This document shows, piece after piece, positions 37,701 through 47,500 of a DNA stretch of 60,466 nucleotides. Origin of the DNA: an uncultured Candidatus Micrarchaeota archaeon. GTDB taxonomy: Archaea; Micrarchaeota; Micrarchaeia; Anstonellales; Bilamarchaeaceae. Made by a program: the position numbers and the translations under genes. The stretch lies in the NCBI GenBank assembly GCA_903835385.1, contig CAILMQ010000048.1, positions 1 through 60,466 on the forward strand. Direction: 5' to 3'. Position 1 is the stretch's first letter. Every line of letters starts with the position of its first letter. The notes beneath the pieces are model-generated. The model saw only the letters and a list, made by a program, of their open reading frames with translations. It was not told the origin of the DNA and did not search any database.

Positions 37701-38690
37701 TGCGATGAGCTGGTACTTTTCTTGCTCGAATTCCGCGAGCGCGGCATTCGCAGCATCCCTTTTCCCGACAGCATCATCCCTCGCCTGGTTGTATGAATCT
37801 TCGGCATCGTATTTCGCTTTCGCGGCATTGGCGTGTAATCCGTCCAGCACATCCAGCGCGCCCCTGTTTTTCCAGATAAGGTTCATGGTCCCCGCATAAC
37901 CGGCCATGCCCGGCACGCTCTGGGATGCGTTTTCCCTGATGCGTTCCAGGCCCGCATTCACCGCATTATACTGGCCGTATGTGCCTTCGGTGGAGCCGGA
38001 ATCAATGAAATCAAAACCTGCCCTTGCTTCAAGGCATGCCACATGGCCCGCCCCGGTGTAATCAGCATCGCACAGGCCGGCAAAGGAGGCGGTTTCGTAA
38101 GCGGCCCTCGCGGCGCTCTGGTTTTCTTCCACCCTGTCCATGCTGGACGCGAGCGCATCAACGGAATCCGACATTGTCGTTTCCCATGCGCTTTCGTACC
38201 CGCCGCAATAGCCGATGTACGCCATGGCGTGCCGCTGGTCATTGCCCAGTACCGAGATTATGACATGGCCCACCGACCCCGCCACGCCCAGCGGGCCGAG
38301 CAATCCGGTGGCAAGCGCGTATGGAAGGATGTTCTGGGCTGCAGTATCCATCTCTTTCGCGAGCGCGGTTTTTTGCGCGTATTTTATCTCATCCAGGCAT
38401 TCCTGCGCCAGGACCGTGGCGTTCGCCCTCGCATCCACTGCGGAAGCGAGCAGGCCAGCCTCGTCCGGGCCGAGTTCATATGGTGACATGTTTTCCAGAT
38501 GGAGCGAATCCAGCGTCCGTTCCATTTCGTAAGGCCCGTTGCACACCCATGTCCCGGAAACCTGCTCAAGAAGCGGATTGGCCTCTTTCCAGGCGTATTG
38601 TTCCCACGGATGCGCAATATACGTGCCGAAAGCGGAAGCCGCGAGGCTCAGGATTAGAAACACCAGGACGCACCTGCGAATGAAGCGCAC
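34788..38690 (-). CDS. Giant (about 1300 aa) membrane-anchored surface protein
   Basis: Signal peptide, long Ala-rich helical regions, central beta-rich region, C-terminal TM plus charged tail; GTG 38690 with GGTGG SD. Confidence 0.85.
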   Translation of the reverse strand: MRFIRRCVLVFLILSLAASAFGTYIAHPWEQYAWKEANPLLEQVSGTWVCNGPYEMERTLDSLHLENMSPYELGPDEAGLLASAVDARANATVLAQECLDEIKYAQKTALAKEMDTAAQNILPYALATGLLGPLGVAGSVGHVIISVLGNDQRHAMAYIGYCGGYESAWETTMSDSVDALASSMDRVEENQSAARAAYETASFAGLCDADYTGAGHVACLEARAGFDFIDSGSTEGTYGQYNAVNAGLERIRENASQSVPGMAGYAGTMNLIWKNRGALDVLDGLHANAAKAKYDAEDSYNQARDDAVGKRDAANAALAEFEQEKYQLIAGAETISNEIGGAPSGTVAERFAEKKKDRAGADALYGAATADKADASRQGYLKGAVGNMAAADTSYGSLQASLPLLEASADNVVSAKQAEAGDAIAGTESLVGSVPATASVRNKLAEAGYYFSAGQNATLSGDKYRNFAASAAAAREAKTLQTTKSLNESVSLQALKLELRQMIAAAKTDGIPTVFQEELLGQIQDADYGWATDEVRKAEDGLAAAAELQYGYLGQERPGLLERIGLVGGDADDLRVDMANAERGFVDANGNVDYRKGLGRLKSLANTYSKMEKELDGYATQIAGKSISVDSEVFIDSVPLDRPSKITVDMLVVNANGYGAQNVPVDVKLPMPVQLMYSGIVEGADLVGSVAMTGADRARVFLKKVEPYGKCMISFEESETLAHTTKSSKKALGLGDGSASVDDETDFTLDADVDSLTLPAGAENVKIDGIAPGGQLKKGSHALTSSYIAQDAYEESTVNLKSSPLGLNSQVDYDVVIMPKMDLDSVVVYVEPGTNFSGLDVFTLSGESIGNQKKIADWRYSYEVRGLKQGKEASIRVSYILENASGYVAGELAALDGANYSATVKGELEGARAALDAGDANAALAKIKQAEADMKKEDIEKENAEKQAGELRSEIKAGLDEINATLADADGSNSSFVARLSARAVELTRRLADSEGKTGQDALKELEAVDLKWKDNEVKAFRKSSFDSYNELRLRFAAAGNTTTPEEFLAVEADLNNLDTSGRLCYALALAKDLEKAETAVAGQEASALAARAGLRSGFESLRDSVRSGIKAYAAEASAAKGTEYSAMFVFTGKDVESAITELDKLMASGEPELIQNKIDALDQTAQSIAGTMRLLSAQAGNRISLVENTYNETENSMGQQDRDAIEQQIQSMKKSAAAGQYIGSLVLGNKILGSIDAAKKTNNNSLLLLGVTAVAVLAVLCLYIVKQQEAGKPGGGKILKKLDKMEGNEPKEEITDITA

Positions 38691-38811
38691 TCCACCACCC
38701 CGCTCCTGATGTATCAAAAAACTTTTTTAACCGTTGCTATTGGCACCTGTGCTTACTCCCGCGCCTAATTTATCAGAAAACCGGTGTTTTCTTACTTAAA
38801 AAAGCGTTCCG

Positions 38812-39651
38812 TCACGCCGCCAGCCGTCTCTCTATCCACGCCTTCAGATAAAGGATAGGATGCCACTTTCCCATATCCTCAAGCGTGAAATCCGCTTCCG
38901 CTGCGACTGCCCCTGCAATCTCCGCGACTACCTTCTTTGCGTTGAATTTCAATCTTCGGACAGCCTTTGTCTTTCCGTCAACTTTGCCGTCAATCAGGGC
39001 CTGGTTGACCCTCGCCTCTCCGTCCGCGTCAATAACGAGCCTTTCCGTTCTCTCCTTGCCGGTTTGAGCCGAATCCAATGACAGGCTCCGTGTGACCGTG
39101 CACTGAAATTCAAGCAATTCCACGACCCCTGATTCATGGTGCAAGATGCTGTATTCAAGGATTATCGACCTGCCTTCGCTCGCCGGGCACTCCCTCCTGA
39201 TGCGGTTGTATATGGTTCCCTGATTCGCGTCCGCATCCAGGTGGAGGAGCGTGAATCCGTTACCCAGGTTCGCGTTCCGGGTAAGCCTCGCCGTCCTTGC
39301 GACCGGCACATATACGATGCTGTCCCTGTTCTTGGCGTTTGGTATAGGAGTTATGCCGCCATATTCGTTCGCATTGCAGACCAGGCCGCCTTCACAGTCA
39401 TGTATCGTGGCGACCATGAGCCCGTTCGTAAGGGTGTTCGCCCTCAAATGCACGGTCAGGCCGCCGATGCGCGCCTTTAGCCCGTCCAGGTCGGCATCCT
39501 CCTTGCAAATCCTGCATTTCCTTTCATATCGAGCAGCCTGTGCCAGGTCCCTTCCGTGCACCGACATCCAGTTAATGTATGGAAGATCGGCCGTTGATTT
39601 GATTGCAACTCCGTTTAGGAGTCCGGCTCTCTTTATTGTGCCCGCATTCAT
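38812..39651 (-). CDS. Hypothetical protein
   Basis: ORF from ATG 39651 with TTTAAAA upstream; the longer ORF call overlaps the opposite-strand gene. Confidence 0.6.
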   Translation of the reverse strand: MNAGTIKRAGLLNGVAIKSTADLPYINWMSVHGRDLAQAARYERKCRICKEDADLDGLKARIGGLTVHLRANTLTNGLMVATIHDCEGGLVCNANEYGGITPIPNAKNRDSIVYVPVARTARLTRNANLGNGFTLLHLDADANQGTIYNRIRRECPASEGRSIILEYSILHHESGVVELLEFQCTVTRSLSLDSAQTGKERTERLVIDADGEARVNQALIDGKVDGKTKAVRRLKFNAKKVVAEIAGAVAAEADFTLEDMGKWHPILYLKAWIERRLAA

Positions 39652-39775
39652 AATGACGGTTATGCAGCAATATGTTTTAAAACATGCCATTACACCAAAA
39701 CCAACCAACGACCGCGCGCCCGCGCAGGCTGCGGCGCGGGTTAAAATTAAAATCTTCCGAGTCAATATAACCCCC

Positions 39776-40324
39776 ATGCGAAACTCCATTTTCATAGCAT
39801 TGCTGCTGGCATTCGTTTTCATCGCCGGCTGCACCACTCCGGCTCCCGAAGCGCAGGCGAACAACAGCACGACGCAGGCCGTTCCTGCCGCGAACGCCAC
39901 GGCGAACAGCACGCAGGACACTGGCGCCATGGAAATTCCGGCCAACGCCTCTGAAAATCTTTCCGCGAACGCTTCGGAGCAGAACTTTTCCATAGACCTG
40001 CACAAGGTATATTCCGACGATGGAAAACTCATCGTATATTACTTCTACTCGCACACCTGCCCCAAATGCAAGGCAATAGAGCCGTTCGTGGAGTCAATAG
40101 CAAAACAATACGCGAACGTCACGCAGTGGCAGAGCTTTGACATAAACAACAAGGACGACAGGGCAACATATTTCCGCTTTTTCAAGGAGTTCAACCTCAC
40201 CCAGAACCGCTCCGGAGTCCCGGCCATCCTGGTGAACAACACCGTTCTTTGGGGAAGGTTCGAGATAAACGACTCGCTGGAGCAGGAAATCAACGGCTCG
40301 CTCGCGCCGAGCGGCCGTCAATAA
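39776..40324 (+). CDS. Thioredoxin-fold lipoprotein
   Basis: Lipobox FIAGC, N-glycosylation-rich linker, CPKC, GVP cis-Pro. Confidence 0.88.
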   Translation: MRNSIFIALLLAFVFIAGCTTPAPEAQANNSTTQAVPAANATANSTQDTGAMEIPANASENLSANASEQNFSIDLHKVYSDDGKLIVYYFYSHTCPKCKAIEPFVESIAKQYANVTQWQSFDINNKDDRATYFRFFKEFNLTQNRSGVPAILVNNTVLWGRFEINDSLEQEINGSLAPSGRQ

Positions 40325-40356
40325 TCTCTTTAACCTTCATCACCCAAATCCAGTCC

Positions 40357-41388
40357 ATGAAGGTAACCCACTTCGACCCCAAGACCGGCGAGCTCAAGGT
40401 GACCGCCGACACTGTGGACGACCTCTGGCACCTGGACAAGGTCCTGGGTCCAGGGTCCAGGGTCGAGGCTCACACCATGAGGACCTACAAGGTGGGGAAC
40501 AGGGAGGAGAAGAAGCACGTCTTCATCACCATAGAGGTGGAGCGCGTTGAGTTCAGCAAGTCGCTGAACCGGCTGAGGCTGCTCGGTAAAATCGTGGCAG
40601 GCGATCCCGAGGAGTTCGTGCAGATGGGGAAGCACCACACCATAGAGGTCTCCCCGGGTGACAAAATCAGGATTTTCCAGCAGTGGAAATCCCATCAGCT
40701 GAACCGGCTCAAGGAGGCGGAAAAGGAGTCCAAGAAGCCGAAAATCCGCATAATCGTGCTGGATGACGAAAAAGCCCTTACCGCGATGGTCCGGGCCTAC
40801 GGAATAGAGTACGGGGCCGAGTTATACTCCTCGGCAAGCAAGAAAGACGAAAAGCACGACGAAAGCGTACGCTCCTATTTCGGGAACATCGCCGCGGAAA
40901 TAGAACGCCACCCGGAAAAATACGTGGTCGCGGGCCCGGGATTCACCAGGGACAACCTGAAAAAATTCATTTCCCAGAAATATCCGGACCTGCTCAAGCG
41001 CATTGCCTGGGAGTCCTGCTCCCATGCCGAGCGCGCGGGCGTGAACGAGCTGATGAAGCAGGGCGTGCTGGAGAAAATCATGGGCGAGGAGCGCATAGAG
41101 CGCGAGACCAAGCTGGTGGAGGAGCTTATCGCTGAGATACACAGGGACAGCGGGCTCGCAGCCTACGGAGTCAAAGAGGTCGCTAAGGCGGTGGATGCAT
41201 TCGCGGTGAAGCAGGTCCTTGTGCTTGACGAATACCTGCGCACTGACAAGGAGGCGGAGGCGTTGGTGGAGAGGGCTGACAAATCAAAGGCAGCAATCAT
41301 AATAATCTCTTCGGAAGAGGAGCCGGGCATGAAGCTCAAAGGATTCGGGAAAATCGCGGCCCTGCTGAAGTTCAAGCTCAGGGAATAA
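40357..41388 (+). CDS. pelA: mRNA surveillance protein pelota
   Basis: DDLWHL, GKHHTIEV, VAGPGF, AAYG, GKIAALLKF. Confidence 0.95.
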   Translation: MKVTHFDPKTGELKVTADTVDDLWHLDKVLGPGSRVEAHTMRTYKVGNREEKKHVFITIEVERVEFSKSLNRLRLLGKIVAGDPEEFVQMGKHHTIEVSPGDKIRIFQQWKSHQLNRLKEAEKESKKPKIRIIVLDDEKALTAMVRAYGIEYGAELYSSASKKDEKHDESVRSYFGNIAAEIERHPEKYVVAGPGFTRDNLKKFISQKYPDLLKRIAWESCSHAERAGVNELMKQGVLEKIMGEERIERETKLVEELIAEIHRDSGLAAYGVKEVAKAVDAFAVKQVLVLDEYLRTDKEAEALVERADKSKAAIIIISSEEEPGMKLKGFGKIAALLKFKLRE

Positions 41389-41414
41389 GATTTAAACAAA
41401 GCCTCGTTCATATC

Positions 41415-41888
41415 ATGACGAGTGGTCCTATGTCCGACATCATCATCCCCCTGTTGCAGGCAGCAGGCGCTTCCGGCGCCTCCACGGCCGCTTCCGCAGG
41501 CGTTCTTGGTATAATCGCTGTTTTCTACGCAGCGATGTTCGCAATGGGCGCCGCGGTCATCTTGTTTTATTGTGCCATCATCCTGTTCTGGCTCGTCATA
41601 GTGGCCCTTTGGATATGGATGCTCATTGACTGCCTTACCAGGAAGGATTTCGACAAGGAGGACGACAAGCTCCTCTGGGCCATCGTGATACTGCTCGGCA
41701 GCTGGGTAGGCGCGCTGCTGTATTATTTCCTGGTGAAGCGGAAGAGGGACGCGCTGGCTGCAGCGCAGGGGACTGCGCCGGAGCAGCAGCCCGCAGATGA
41801 GAAACAGCAGCCAGTTGAGCCCGCAGCCCCGCCGCAGCCGAGAGGCAGGAAGAAAGCGCAACTTATCGCCATTGATGTCAAAAAGTGA
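41415..41888 (+). CDS. Membrane protein with PLDc_N-like domain
   Basis: WIWMLIDC...KLLWAIVILLGSWVGALLYYF. Confidence 0.8.
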   Translation: MTSGPMSDIIIPLLQAAGASGASTAASAGVLGIIAVFYAAMFAMGAAVILFYCAIILFWLVIVALWIWMLIDCLTRKDFDKEDDKLLWAIVILLGSWVGALLYYFLVKRKRDALAAAQGTAPEQQPADEKQQPVEPAAPPQPRGRKKAQLIAIDVKK

Positions 41889-41922
41889 AGCTATTTAAAA
41901 TACATCCTTCTATAACATACTT

Positions 41923-42966
41923 ATGGGTGACGTCACTTTCAGTTCCATCAAGCCCGCACTGGCAGCCACGATGAAGGGCAGGGGTGTGAAGCAGGTGCGG
42001 GAATTCAAATCCCTGGAGGGCCACGGGTTCGACAACATCAGCATGGGCGCCAGGCCGAGCGGCACGCTGCACATGGGCAATCTCTTCGTCCTGGCCTCAT
42101 GCATGCACTACCTGCGCATCAACAGCAATGCCCGGGTGCATGTGGACATCATGGACCTTGATTTCGACAACCAGCGCGGCCTGGTGTTCACGCCGTTCGT
42201 CAATCTGCCCGGCACCAGGGATTTCATAGGGCAGCTGAATGCCGCAGTGGAGATTCTCTCCGGTGAGCTGAAAGTGGCGTCGGACCGCGTCAAAATACGC
42301 TATTTCTCCGACCGGCTGAAACAAGGCGATTCCGAGCTCAGGAAGATGCTCCTCAGGCTGGCAAAGAACAAAGAATCAGTGAAAGCCGTCAAATACTCCA
42401 TCTCAGACAGGCCGGGCCGCTATGACACCCCGCCAATATCCATGATATGCGAGAGCTGCGGCCAGTCCAGCAGCAACTTCGCCCATTACCGCTCAACCAG
42501 GAGCCTATTTACTGCGGACTGCGGCAATGTGACCTGCACCGTCGGAGAATACGCCTCCGACCTTTCCTCCGCGCTTTTCAATGTGCACTACCTGGTGGAC
42601 CCCATAAGAGACCTGCTCCTGGCTCCAAACACCCTCCATGTCTACGGAGGCGACTACGGCCTGCCCCATGGCCAAAGCGATACCCTGAGATTCATGCGCG
42701 TGGCGGCCGTCATGGAGGCAACCAGGCTGAACCTGGGGCTGGAGACCGAGACGCCATCCTTTTTCATAACCCCCCTGATAACGGACCAGCACGGCAAGAA
42801 GATATCCAAGAGCGAGCGCAACGGAGGGCAGGTGGCGGGAGACATTGCCACCCACCTGAAAGAGGAAATAGCGCACGTGGTCAAGCTCATGGGGCTCTAC
42901 ATAGACGGCACGCTTAAAGGGCTCAGCCTGATGCGGTCTACGGATGGTGAACCGTGTGATGTATAA
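41923..42966 (+). CDS. Class I LysRS-like catalytic-domain protein (no anticodon-binding domain)
   Basis: RPSGTLHMGN (HIGH), PISMICESCG..CGNVTC Zn site, YGGDY, KKISKS (KMSKS); only 347 aa. Confidence 0.75.
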   Translation: MGDVTFSSIKPALAATMKGRGVKQVREFKSLEGHGFDNISMGARPSGTLHMGNLFVLASCMHYLRINSNARVHVDIMDLDFDNQRGLVFTPFVNLPGTRDFIGQLNAAVEILSGELKVASDRVKIRYFSDRLKQGDSELRKMLLRLAKNKESVKAVKYSISDRPGRYDTPPISMICESCGQSSSNFAHYRSTRSLFTADCGNVTCTVGEYASDLSSALFNVHYLVDPIRDLLLAPNTLHVYGGDYGLPHGQSDTLRFMRVAAVMEATRLNLGLETETPSFFITPLITDQHGKKISKSERNGGQVAGDIATHLKEEIAHVVKLMGLYIDGTLKGLSLMRSTDGEPCDV

Positions 42967-43966
42967 CCCGAAGCAGCTGCCATTGCCGTTTCCGCCCAAG
43001 GTCATAGCCGGCGGCTTCAAAGGCCTGCTTGAAGAGCGGCCCGCTTCCGTCAGCATCGCAATCCGCCCCATGGAATCGCTCTACACCTACCAGGCGGTCG
43101 CGCTTGCCAACAGCCTCGCATACCTGGAAAAGAATCGCGATGCCCGCCTTATGGTGGTCCTGGCGGATTTGGAATTCGACATGCAGCGCGGCTCAAGCTT
43201 CCTTCCTTATTCCCGCAACCATGGAGCGATACTCACGGCACATGGAATCACGGAACTTCTCAAGGCCTCTTCGGGCCTGGAGCCTTCGTTGGAGGGCAGG
43301 ATATCCGTGCGCAGGTTCTCCGAATGGCTGTCCCAGGACCAGGGATTCCTCGGCCATGTCCTGAAGCTGTTCGATAAAAAAAGGGCCAGGGAAGCGAAGC
43401 AGCTGATATCCAGGAAGACCGGAAGGGTCTCGCACCTGCCCGTCGCCCCCATATGCCCGTCCTGCGACCACGCCTCCGCGTCTTTCGGCGTGATAAATCC
43501 AGAAGGCACGAGGCTCAGGTCCGTATGCAATAACAACGGCTGCACGAACTTCGGGCAGGCATTTTCAGTGCGCGTGCGGACGCCCGGCTCGTTCTGCCTT
43601 TTCTATTTTTTCGACAGCCTCTCGGACGGCTACAAGGACCCGGTTTTCGGCAGGACAGACCTTCACATGCTCGGCATAGACCCGGAGCGGAAATGGGGCA
43701 ACGGCATCGAGGTTTTCGAGCTCATAAGCAGGCTCACGGCCCTGTTCACGGACGACGCCTATTCCCCGAAATACTGCCCCACCATGCGCCTGGAGGAGCC
43801 CTGTTCCATGAAAAGAAAATCCGTTTTCAGCGACTTCCACAGGCAGCGCGGCATCACGGAAATCGCAGCCCTGCGGAATTTCATGAATCTCGCAGGCGAA
43901 TTCGACGGCAGCAACCATCTCGCCATGGCAGACCTGAACCGCATCCTGCCGATTGTCAACCCCTAG
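42959..43966 (+). CDS. Degenerate paralog of the upstream LysRS-like protein (probable pseudoenzyme)
   Basis: DLEFDMQRG vs DLDFDNQRG; PICPSC..CNNNGC retained; HIGH replaced by RPMESLYTYQ; no KMSKS; GGTGA SD; start overlaps upstream stop. Confidence 0.7.
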   Translation: MYNPKQLPLPFPPKVIAGGFKGLLEERPASVSIAIRPMESLYTYQAVALANSLAYLEKNRDARLMVVLADLEFDMQRGSSFLPYSRNHGAILTAHGITELLKASSGLEPSLEGRISVRRFSEWLSQDQGFLGHVLKLFDKKRAREAKQLISRKTGRVSHLPVAPICPSCDHASASFGVINPEGTRLRSVCNNNGCTNFGQAFSVRVRTPGSFCLFYFFDSLSDGYKDPVFGRTDLHMLGIDPERKWGNGIEVFELISRLTALFTDDAYSPKYCPTMRLEEPCSMKRKSVFSDFHRQRGITEIAALRNFMNLAGEFDGSNHLAMADLNRILPIVNP

Positions 43967-44541
43967 TCTTTTTTCTTAATCCTCGGCCCATACACCAAAA
44001 CCGTCATGGTGCCTGCCAGGATGAAGACATAAACCGGATACAGCGCCATTGCCGCGCTCCATTCGCTTATGGCAAAAAGATTGAGCGTGTTCGCCACCAG
44101 GAACATGGGCCATGCCAGGTTAATCTCGCTCTCCGGCCTTTCCCATGCCTTTTTTATTGTCGGCACCGCCCCTGTGGCATCCACTATGGTAGTGAGATAA
44201 TAAGCTGTAACCGGCTCTTTCGTAATCGCCCAGAGCGCCAATCCCGCGCCAGCGCCAACCAGGCACCATTTGTCCAGCGCGGTCCAGCCCTCTTCCCCGT
44301 ATTTCACGGAAAGGATGGCCACTATGGTTATCCCTATGGCATAGGCAATGGGCGTCCAGGCGCTATCCCTTGCGCCGGAAGCGTAGTAGCTCGCCGCGAT
44401 TATGATGCCGAGCACGGTCCAGATTATCCAGGTCGCCTTGTTCGGCCTGGTGGTGTGGTTCAGGGTTCCGATTATATACGGGACAAAAGCGATGAAACCG
44501 ATTACGCCTGCGGCAATGCCTGCCGTGGAAGCGAATGTCAT
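43963..44541 (-). CDS. Multi-pass membrane protein, PQ-loop/SWEET-like two-repeat pattern
   Basis: VPYI..T..PN..TW and VPTI.KAW..P..E...W half-repeats; overlaps gyrA stop. Confidence 0.65.
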   Translation of the reverse strand: MTFASTAGIAAGVIGFIAFVPYIIGTLNHTTRPNKATWIIWTVLGIIIAASYYASGARDSAWTPIAYAIGITIVAILSVKYGEEGWTALDKWCLVGAGAGLALWAITKEPVTAYYLTTIVDATGAVPTIKKAWERPESEINLAWPMFLVANTLNLFAISEWSAAMALYPVYVFILAGTMTVLVYGPRIKKKD

Positions 44542-47500
44542 GGCTGTTCCTGCGCTCCGGCCGCATGGTCCGCTGCCCCGGGCACGCCGCCGACCACTGG
44601 CTCAGCCTTGGGCACCACCGCGAAGCTCGCCACCTTCTCGCCTTCCTCCTCCTGCAGGCGGATGATGCGCACGCCCTGGGTGTTCCTGCCTATCACGGAT
44701 ATGCCGGTCACGGGCGAGCGGATGGTCTGGCCCTTGGAGCTGATGACTATGATTTCGTCGCCCTCCTGCACGCCCCTCACGCTGACGACCGCCCCGTTCC
44801 TGCCCTCGGTCTTCATGTTTATGACGCCGGAGCCGCCACGGCCCTGCAGCCTGTACTCTCCAGTCGCGGTCCTCTTGCCATAGCCGTTTTCGGTTATGGT
44901 CAGGATGCTCGGGTACTTCTTGCAGGATGCCACGCCCACCACGGCATCGTCCTTGCCCTTGAGCCTTATGCCTATCACTCCCATGCCAGCCCTGCCGATT
45001 TCCCGCGCATCGTTCTCGTCGAACCTGATGGCCTGGCCCTGCTTGGTCGCAATCACCAGCTCCTCATTGCCGTCGGTCTTTATCACTTCCACCAGCTGGT
45101 CCCCTTCGCGCAAAGTGATGGCTATTATGCCTGTTTTCCTGGGATGGGAGAAATCCTCCAAAGAGGTGCGCTTCACAATCCCGTTTTTCGTTACCATGAC
45201 GAGGTATTCATCCGGCTTGAACTCAGGGACCGGAATCCAGGAGCTAACCCTCTCCTCCTTGAGGTCCAGCAGGTTCACGAGCGATTTGCCAGATGCGTAC
45301 CTGCCGGCTTCCGGTATCCGGTACGCCTTGAGCCAGAACACCCGTCCCTTGTCCGTGAAGAACAGGATGTGGTTGTGGTTCCTGACGACGATGACATCCT
45401 GCACGAAGTCCTGCTCCTTGGTTTCCGTGCCCACCACGCCCTTTCCGCCGCGGTGCTGCGAGCGGTATTCGTCCAGTCCCACGCGCTTCACGTAGCCGCG
45501 GCCGGATATGGTCACCACCACCTGGTCGTTGGGTATGAGCTCCTCGGCGGTTACTTCGTCTTCCACGTCGACAATCACAGTGCGGCGCTTGTCGCCGTAT
45601 TTCGCCTTGACCTCCAGCAGCTCGTCCTTTATGATTTTGAGGATTTTGCCCATGTCCGCGAGCACTTCTTTGAGCCAGGCGATGGTCTTCACCAGCTGGC
45701 CGTACTCATCCTCTATTTTCTGCCTCTCCAGCGCCACCAGCCTGGATATCTTCATGTCCAGTATGGCGTTCGCCTGCCTTTCGGAAAGCGAGTAGGCCTT
45801 CATCAGCCCCGCCCGCGCCTCGGCGATGTCCTTGGTTTTTTTCAGGAACGCGACTATGGCGTCGATGCGCTCGAGCGCGATTCTCAGCCCCTCCAGTATG
45901 TGCGCCCGCTCCTCGGCCTGCTTGAGCTCGAAAACGCAGCGCCTGCGGACGACCTCCTTCCTGAATTCTATGAACTCGCTCAGGAGCGGGTAGAGCCCGA
46001 GCACCCGCGGCTGCTTTCCCACCAGCACCAGGTTGATGATGCCGAACGTGCCTTCCAAGGGCGTGTGCGCGTAAATCTGGTTAAGCACCACCTCCCCGAT
46101 GGCGCCCTTCTTGAGGTCGATTAGTACCTCGATGCCTTCCTTGTCCGAGCGGTCGTGCACGCCGGATATGCCCTCTATCCTCTTCACTTTCACGGCTTCT
46201 GCTATGGCCTCTATTATCGCTGTTTTCGTGACCTGGTAGGGGATTTCGGTTATGACTATCGCATTGCGCTTCGCGTCCACGTGCGCCTTGCCCCTGACCC
46301 TGATTATGCCCCTGCCGGTCTTGTACGCCTGCAGGATTCCGGCACGGCCCACAATCTCGCCGCCGGTGGGGAAATCAGGCCCGCTCACCATCATCAGGAG
46401 CCTGTCCTCGTCCGCGCCGTCTATCACCGCGATAGCCCCGTCCACGATTTCGGTTATGTTGTGCGGCGGCATGTTCGTCGCCATGCCCACCGCTATTCCG
46501 GAAGAGCCGTTGATGAGCAGGTTCGGTATCCTCGAGGGCATCACCACCGGCTCCTTGAGCGTGCCGTCGAAATTGTCCGTCCAGTCCACGGTCTCCTTCT
46601 CAAGGTCCGCGAGCACGTCATCCGCGATTTTGGCGAGACGCACCTCTGTATAACGCATGGCCGCAGCGTTGTCCCCGTCAATGGAGTTGTGAACAAAAAC
46701 TCCTGCGCCTAATGCAAAGTTATGTATCTCATCAATCGTAAGGTCATAGACGTCTTCTCTTCCCTCTAAGATTTCGGTTTTGAGCACCTTGTGGTTCTTA
46801 TTCAATTCCGCCAGCACCAGGTCCGAATCATTATTGAAATAAGTCTGTAGCCCTGTTTTCCAGTTGGTGGCTCGTCCATAAGGATAAACTACGTTTCTGG
46901 CCGTTTCATAAGATTCTTCACAGATTACTTTGCCATCTTCACTAATCCGTTTACAGACCTTCAGGAACTTCAATTTTCCGGTTTTATTGGTCGTGTGATT
47001 CTCGTTTCCTTTTATTATTTTTAGTTTCATTGATTCGCGGTAAGCCGCATCCTGCCATAATCTTTTAAGGGTTCTAGTCATTCTTTCGCTGATCTCTTTT
47101 CTCTTCTCTGGATGATTTTCAATGTATTCCTTGTTCACTCTGCTCAGGTTCTCACGCATCAATTCTCTGTATTCCGGTTTTTTCCAGTTCTCCTTGTTTC
47201 GTTTACTGGTTCTCTCTGAAACTTTTTTCTTATTAACCGAGTTTGCCCAAAATTCTTTTCTGCCTTGAGCCAGTTTTGCCCGGTATTCCTCGTCATTTTT
47301 GTGCTTCTCCGAAGTTAAATCGTAGTGAGTTTTCCAATGCTCTTTCCAGTGCATTCTTTTGATGTTGGTCGGGTCGTTATCCAATTTGTTAAAGTTGATA
47401 TGGTGCCGTATTCTTCCTGCAGACCTTGCATAAGCCCCGTGATTAAGATTCCATTCATCTGACAAGCAGTGGGTATAACCCCATTCGTCTTCCATCGGTT

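Noticed and set aside
39643-39670. dif-like CATAA-N6-TTATG
   Set aside because: Only the 5-bp inner arms pair, and it overlaps a start codon
44535-46124. Long antisense ORFs (also 4250-5770, 56174-57784, 18274-19335 and many others)
   Set aside because: Shadows of clearly identified opposite-strand genes in GC-rich DNA; no motifs of their own
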